Shown here in pieces: positions 59,201 to 64,000 of a stretch of 64,000 bases of DNA. The notes beneath the pieces are model-generated. The model saw only the letters and a list, made by a program, of their open reading frames with translations. It ran no database searches and was not told the DNA's origin. Origin of the DNA: Eledone cirrhosa (lineage: Eukaryota); assembly GCA_964016885.1 (NCBI GenBank), contig OZ024743.1, positions 142,476,001 through 142,540,000 on the forward strand, read 5' to 3'. The translations under genes were made by a program, and so were the position numbers. Position 1 is the first letter of the stretch, and every line of letters begins with the position of its first letter.

Positions 59201-62200
59201 ACCAAACACCAAGCACGCAGCATCAAACACCAAGCACCAAACACCAAGCACCAAGCACCAAGCACCAAGCACCAAACACCAAACACCAAGCACCATACAC
59301 CAAACACCAAGCACCAAGCACCAAGCACGAAACACCAGGCACCAAGCACCAAGCACCAAACTCCAAACACCAAGCACCAAGCACCAGCCACCAACCACCA
59401 AGCACCAAACACCAAACACCAAGCACTAAGCACCAAACACCAAACAACAAGCACCAGGCACCAAGCACCAAACACCAAACACCAAGCACGCAGCACCAAA
59501 CACCAAGCACCAAGCACCAAGCACCAAACACCAAGCACCAAGCACCAAGCACCAAACACCAAACACCAAACACCAAACACCAAGCACCAAGAACCAAACA
59601 CCAATCACCAAACAGCAAGCACCAAGCACCAAACACCAAGCCCCAAACACCAAACCCGAAGCACCAATCACCAAACACTAATCACCAAGCACCAAGCACC
59701 AAACACCAAGCACCAAGCAGCAAGCACCAAACACCAAGCACCAAGCACCAAGCACCAAGCACCAAGCACCAAGCACCAAACACCAAAACCCAAGCACCAA
59801 AGACCAAGCACCAAGCACCAAGGACCAAACACCAAGCACCAAGCACCAAGCACCAAACACCAAGCACCAAGCACCAAACACCAAACACCAAACAGCAAAC
59901 ACCAAACAGCAAACACCAAACACCAAACAGCAAACAGCAAACGCCAAACACCAAGCACCAAGCACCAAGCACCAAACACCAAGCACCAAGCACCAAGCAC
60001 ACAACACCAAACACCAAGCACCAAGGACCAAACATCAAACACCAAGCACCAAGCACCAAACACCAAACACCAAGCACCAAGCACCAAACACCAAGCACCA
60101 AGCACCAAACACCAAACCCCAAGCACCAAACACCAAACCCCAAGCACCAAGCACCAAACACTAATCACCAAGCACCAAGCACCAAACAACAAGCACCAAG
60201 CACCAAGCACCAGGCACCAAGCACCAAGCACCAAACACTAATCACCAAGCACCAAGCACCAAGCACCAAACACCAAACACCAAGCACCAAAGACCAAGCA
60301 CCAAGCACCAAGCACCAAGCACCAAACAATAAGCACCAATCACCAAGCACCAAACACCAAACACCAACCACCCAGCACCAAGCACCAAGCACCAAACACC
60401 AAGCACCAAACACCATACACCAAACACAAAGCACCAAGCACCAAGCACCAAACACCAAGCACCAAACACTAAGCACCAAACACCAAGCCCCAAGAACCAA
60501 GCACCAAACACCAAACACCAAGCACCAAGCACCAAACACCAAGCACAAAACACCAAGCACCAAACACCAAACACTAAGTCCCACGCACCAAGCACCAAAC
60601 ACCAAACAGCAAGCACCAAGCACCAAACACCAAGCATCAAGCACCAAGCCCCTAGCACCAAACATCAAGCACCAAGCATAAAACACCAAGCGCCAATCAC
60701 CAAGCACCAAACACCAAGCAGCAAGCAGCAAGCACCAAACACCAAACACCAAGCACCAAGCACCAAACACCAAACAACAAGCACCAAGGACCAAACATCA
60801 AACACCAAGCACCAAGCACCAAACACCTAACACCAAGCACCAAGCACCAAGCACCAAACACCAAGCACCAAACACCAAGCACCAAACACCAAACACCAAG
60901 CACCAAGCACCAAGCGCCAAACACCAAGCACCAAGCACCAAGCACCAAACAACAAGCACCAAGCACCAAGCACCAGGCACCAAGCACCAAGCACCAAACA
61001 CAAAACACCAAGCACCAAGCACCAAGCAGCAAACACCAAGCATCAAACACCAAACACCAAACACCAAGCACCAAACACCAAACACCAAGCACCAAACACC
61101 AAACACCAAGCACCAAGCACCAAGCACCAAACACCAAACATCAAGCACCAAACACCAGATACCAAGCTTCAAGCACCAAGCACCAAACACCAAACACCAA
61201 GCACCAAGCACCAAACACCAAACAACAAGCAGCAGGCACCAAGCTCCAAACACCAAACACCAAGCACCAAGCACCAAACACCAAACACCAAGCACGCAGC
61301 ATCAAACACCAAGCACCAAACACCAAGCACCAAGCACCAAGCACCAAGTACCAAACACCAAACACCAAGCACCAAACACCAAACACCAAGCACCAAGCAC
61401 CAAGCACGAAACACCAGGCACCAAGCACCAAGCACCAAACTCCAAACACCAAGCACCAAGCACCAGCCACCAAGCACCAAGCACCAAACACCAAACACCA
61501 TGCACTAAGCACCAAGCACCAAACACCAAGCACCAAACAGCAAACCCCAAGCACCAATCACCAAACACTAATCACCAAGCACCAAGCACCAAACACCAAG
61601 CACCAAGCAGCAATCACCAAACACCAAGCACCAAGCACCAAGAACCAAGCACCAAACACCAAGCACCAAGTACCAAACACCAAAACCCAAGCACCAAAGA
61701 CCAAGCACCAAGCACCAAGGACCAAACACCAAGCACCAAGCACCAACAACCAAACACCAAGCACCAAGCACCAAACACCCAGCACCAAGCACCAAGCACC
61801 AAACACCAAGCACCAAGGACCAAACACCAAACACCAAACACCAAGCAGCAAGCACCAAACAGCAAGCACCAAACACCAAACACCAAACAGCAAACACCAG
61901 ACAGCAAACACCAAACACCAAACAGCAAACAGCAAACGTCAAACACCAAACACCAAGCACGCAGCATCAAACACCAAGCACCAAACACCAAGCACCAAGC
62001 ACCAAGCACCAAGTACCAAACACCAAACACCAAGCACCATACACCAAACACCAAGCACCAAGCACCAAGCACGAAACACCAGACACCAAGCACCAAGCAC
62101 CAAACTCCAAACACCAAGCACCAAACACCAGCCACCAAGCACCAAGCACCAAACACCAAACACCAAGCACTAAGCACCAAACACCAAACAACAAGCACCA

Positions 62201-64000
62201 GGCACCAAGCACCAAACACCAAACACCAAGCACGCAGCACCAAACACCAAGCACCAAGCACCAAGCACCAAACACCAAGCACCAAGCACCAAGCACCAAA
62301 CACCAAACACCAAACACCAAACACCAAGCACCAAGAACCAAACACCAATCACCAAACAGCAAGCACCAAGCACCAAACACCAAGCCCCAAACACCAAACC
62401 CGAAGCACCAATCACCAAACACTAATCACCAAGCACCAAGCACCAAACACCAAGCACCAAGCAGCAAGCACCAAACACCAAGCACCAAGCACCAAGCACC
62501 AAAGACCAAGCACCAAGCACCAAGGACCAAACACCAAGCACCAAGCACCAAGCACCAAACACCAAGCACCAAGCACCAAACACCAAACACCAAACAGCAA
62601 ACACCAAACAGCAAACACCAAACACCAAACAGCAAACAGCAAACGCCAAACACCAAGCACCAAGCACCAAGCACCAAACACCAAGCACCAAGCACCAAGC
62701 ACACAACACCAAACACCAAGCACCAAGGACCAAACATCAAACACCAAGCACCAAGCACCAAACACCAAACACCAAGCACCAAGCACCAAGCACCAAGCAC
62801 CGAACACCAAGTACCAAACACCAAGCACCAAACACCAAGCACCAAACACCAAACACCGAGCACCAGGCACCAAGCACCATACACCAAGCACCAAACACCA
62901 AGCACCAAACACCAGGTCCCACGCACCAAGCACCAAACACCAAACACCAAGCACCAAACACCAAGCACCAAGCACCAAGTCCCTAGCACCAAACACCCAG
63001 CAGCAAGCAGCAAGCACCAAACACCAAACACCAAGCACCAAGCTCCAAATACCAAACACCAAGCACCAAGGACCAAACATCAAACACCAAGCACCAAGCA
63101 CCAAACGCCTAACACCAAGCACCAAGCACCAAGCACCAAGCACCAAACACCAAGCACCAATCACCAAACACCAAACACCAAACACCAAACACCAAGCACC
63201 AAGCACCAAACACCAAGCACCAAACTCCAAACACAAAACACCAAGCACCAAGCAGCAAGCACCAAACACCAAACACCAAGCACTAAGCACCAAACACCAA
63301 ACACCAAGCACCAAGAACCTAACATCAAACACCAATCACCAAGCACCAAACACCTAACACCAAGCACCAAGCACCAAGGACCAAGCGCCAAACACCAAGC
63401 ACCAAACACAAAGCACCAAGCACCAAACACCAAGCACCAAGCACCAAACACCAAGCACCAAGCAACAAACACCAAACCCCAAGCACCAAACAGCAAACCC
63501 CAAGCACCAAGCACCAAACACTAATCACCAAGCACCAAGCACCAAACAACAAGCACCAAGCACCAAGCACCAGGCACCAAGCACCAAGCACCAAACACTA
63601 ATCACCAAGCACCAAGCATCAAGCACCAAACACCAAACACCAAGCACCAAAGACCAAGCACCAAGCACCAAGCACCAAGCACCAAACAATAAGCACCAAT
63701 CTCCAAGCACCAAACACCAAACACCAACCACCCAGCACCAAGCACCAAGCACCAAACACCAAGCACCAAACACCATACACCAAACACCAAGCACCAAGCA
63801 CCAAGCACCAAACACCAAGCACCAAACACTAAGCACCAAACACCAAGCCCCAAGCACCAAGCACCAAACACCAAACACCAAGCAGCAAGCACCAAACACC
63901 AAGCACAAAACACCAAGCACCAAACACCAAACACTAAGTCCCACGCACCAAGCACCAAACACCAAACAGCAAGCACCAAGCACCAAACACCAAGCATCAA
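53300..64000 (+). repeat. Mosaic of more diverged ~2.7-6.6 kb higher-order copies
   Basis: ORF pairs 57561/60697 and 57662/60798 (+3136), 59223/61967 (+2744), 60165/63525 (+3360), 56136/62737 (+6601) and 54243/58408 (+4165). Boundaries are approximate. Confidence 0.72.

Larger units (their letters stand above)
5360..64000 (+). repeat. 7-bp satellite DNA (CACCAAG/CACCAAA)n, >58 kb, runs off the window end
   Basis: An uninterrupted single-orientation array of two dominant monomers plus recurrent variants (CACTAAT, CACCAAT, CAGCAAR, CAACAAG, CATCAAA, CACCAGG, GACCAAR, AACCAAR, CCCCAAG, CACCATG). No unique insertion is seen. Confidence 0.98.

Noticed and set aside
5415-64000. Long ORFs (e.g. 854, 1021 and 1705 aa STKHQAP repeats; 967 aa LVLGAWC repeats) as real CDS such as mucin-like or membrane proteins
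   Set aside because: The same peptide appears in all frames of a strand. Indels between copies are multiples of 7, often not of 3 (49, 119, 7 bp). Stops are simply recurrent monomer variants (CACTAAT, CACCTAA). There is no unique domain, signal peptide or gene context.
5360-64000. Telomere: the - strand (YTTGGTG)n resembles a two-variant 7-nt telomeric repeat
   Set aside because: The polarity is wrong for a chromosome end to the right, since the C-rich strand runs 5'->3' away from the flank. There are no GGG tracts. Kilobase exact duplications indicate recombinational amplification, not telomerase addition. A remote interstitial telomere-like origin cannot be tested here.
5360-64000. CRISPR-like or repeat-spacer array
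   Set aside because: There are no unique spacers between constant repeats and no cas-like ORFs. Everything parses as 7-bp monomers.
5360-64000. 21 monomers = 147 bp nucleosome-length periodicity
   Set aside because: This is an arithmetic coincidence. I saw no landmark recurring at 147 bp.

Overview
The window is non-coding, eukaryote-like repetitive DNA. I find no credible protein-coding gene, RNA gene or CRISPR array. Layout: (1) 1-566 is a degenerate ~10-12 bp TTTTAATGG-type repeat. (2) 567-1780 is a (TA)n/(CA)n-rich island holding a ~396-bp spacer-less palindrome (705-1100). (3) 1781-5359 is the same repeat family in the opposite orientation (CCATTAAAA). (4) This merges without a spacer into a 7-bp satellite, (CACCAAR)n, of about 8,400 monomers that runs from 5360 to the window end. 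Rare monomer variants act as landmarks. They reveal nested higher-order duplications: 383 bp, 1330 bp, 4131/4082 bp, 5806 bp, a near-identical 11,524-bp tandem duplication, ~4.1-4.2 kb and ~3.1 kb. Almost all indels keep the 7-bp phase, and homogeneity falls toward the right. The hundreds of ORFs (STKHQAP and LVLGAWC heptads, YI/CV dipeptides) are by-products of stop-poor repeats. Best candidates for something new: the edge of a possibly centromeric or heterochromatic satellite with higher-order structure, apparently born from the adjacent ~11-bp repeat, next to a palindrome-containing orientation switch. Any function is inference only.
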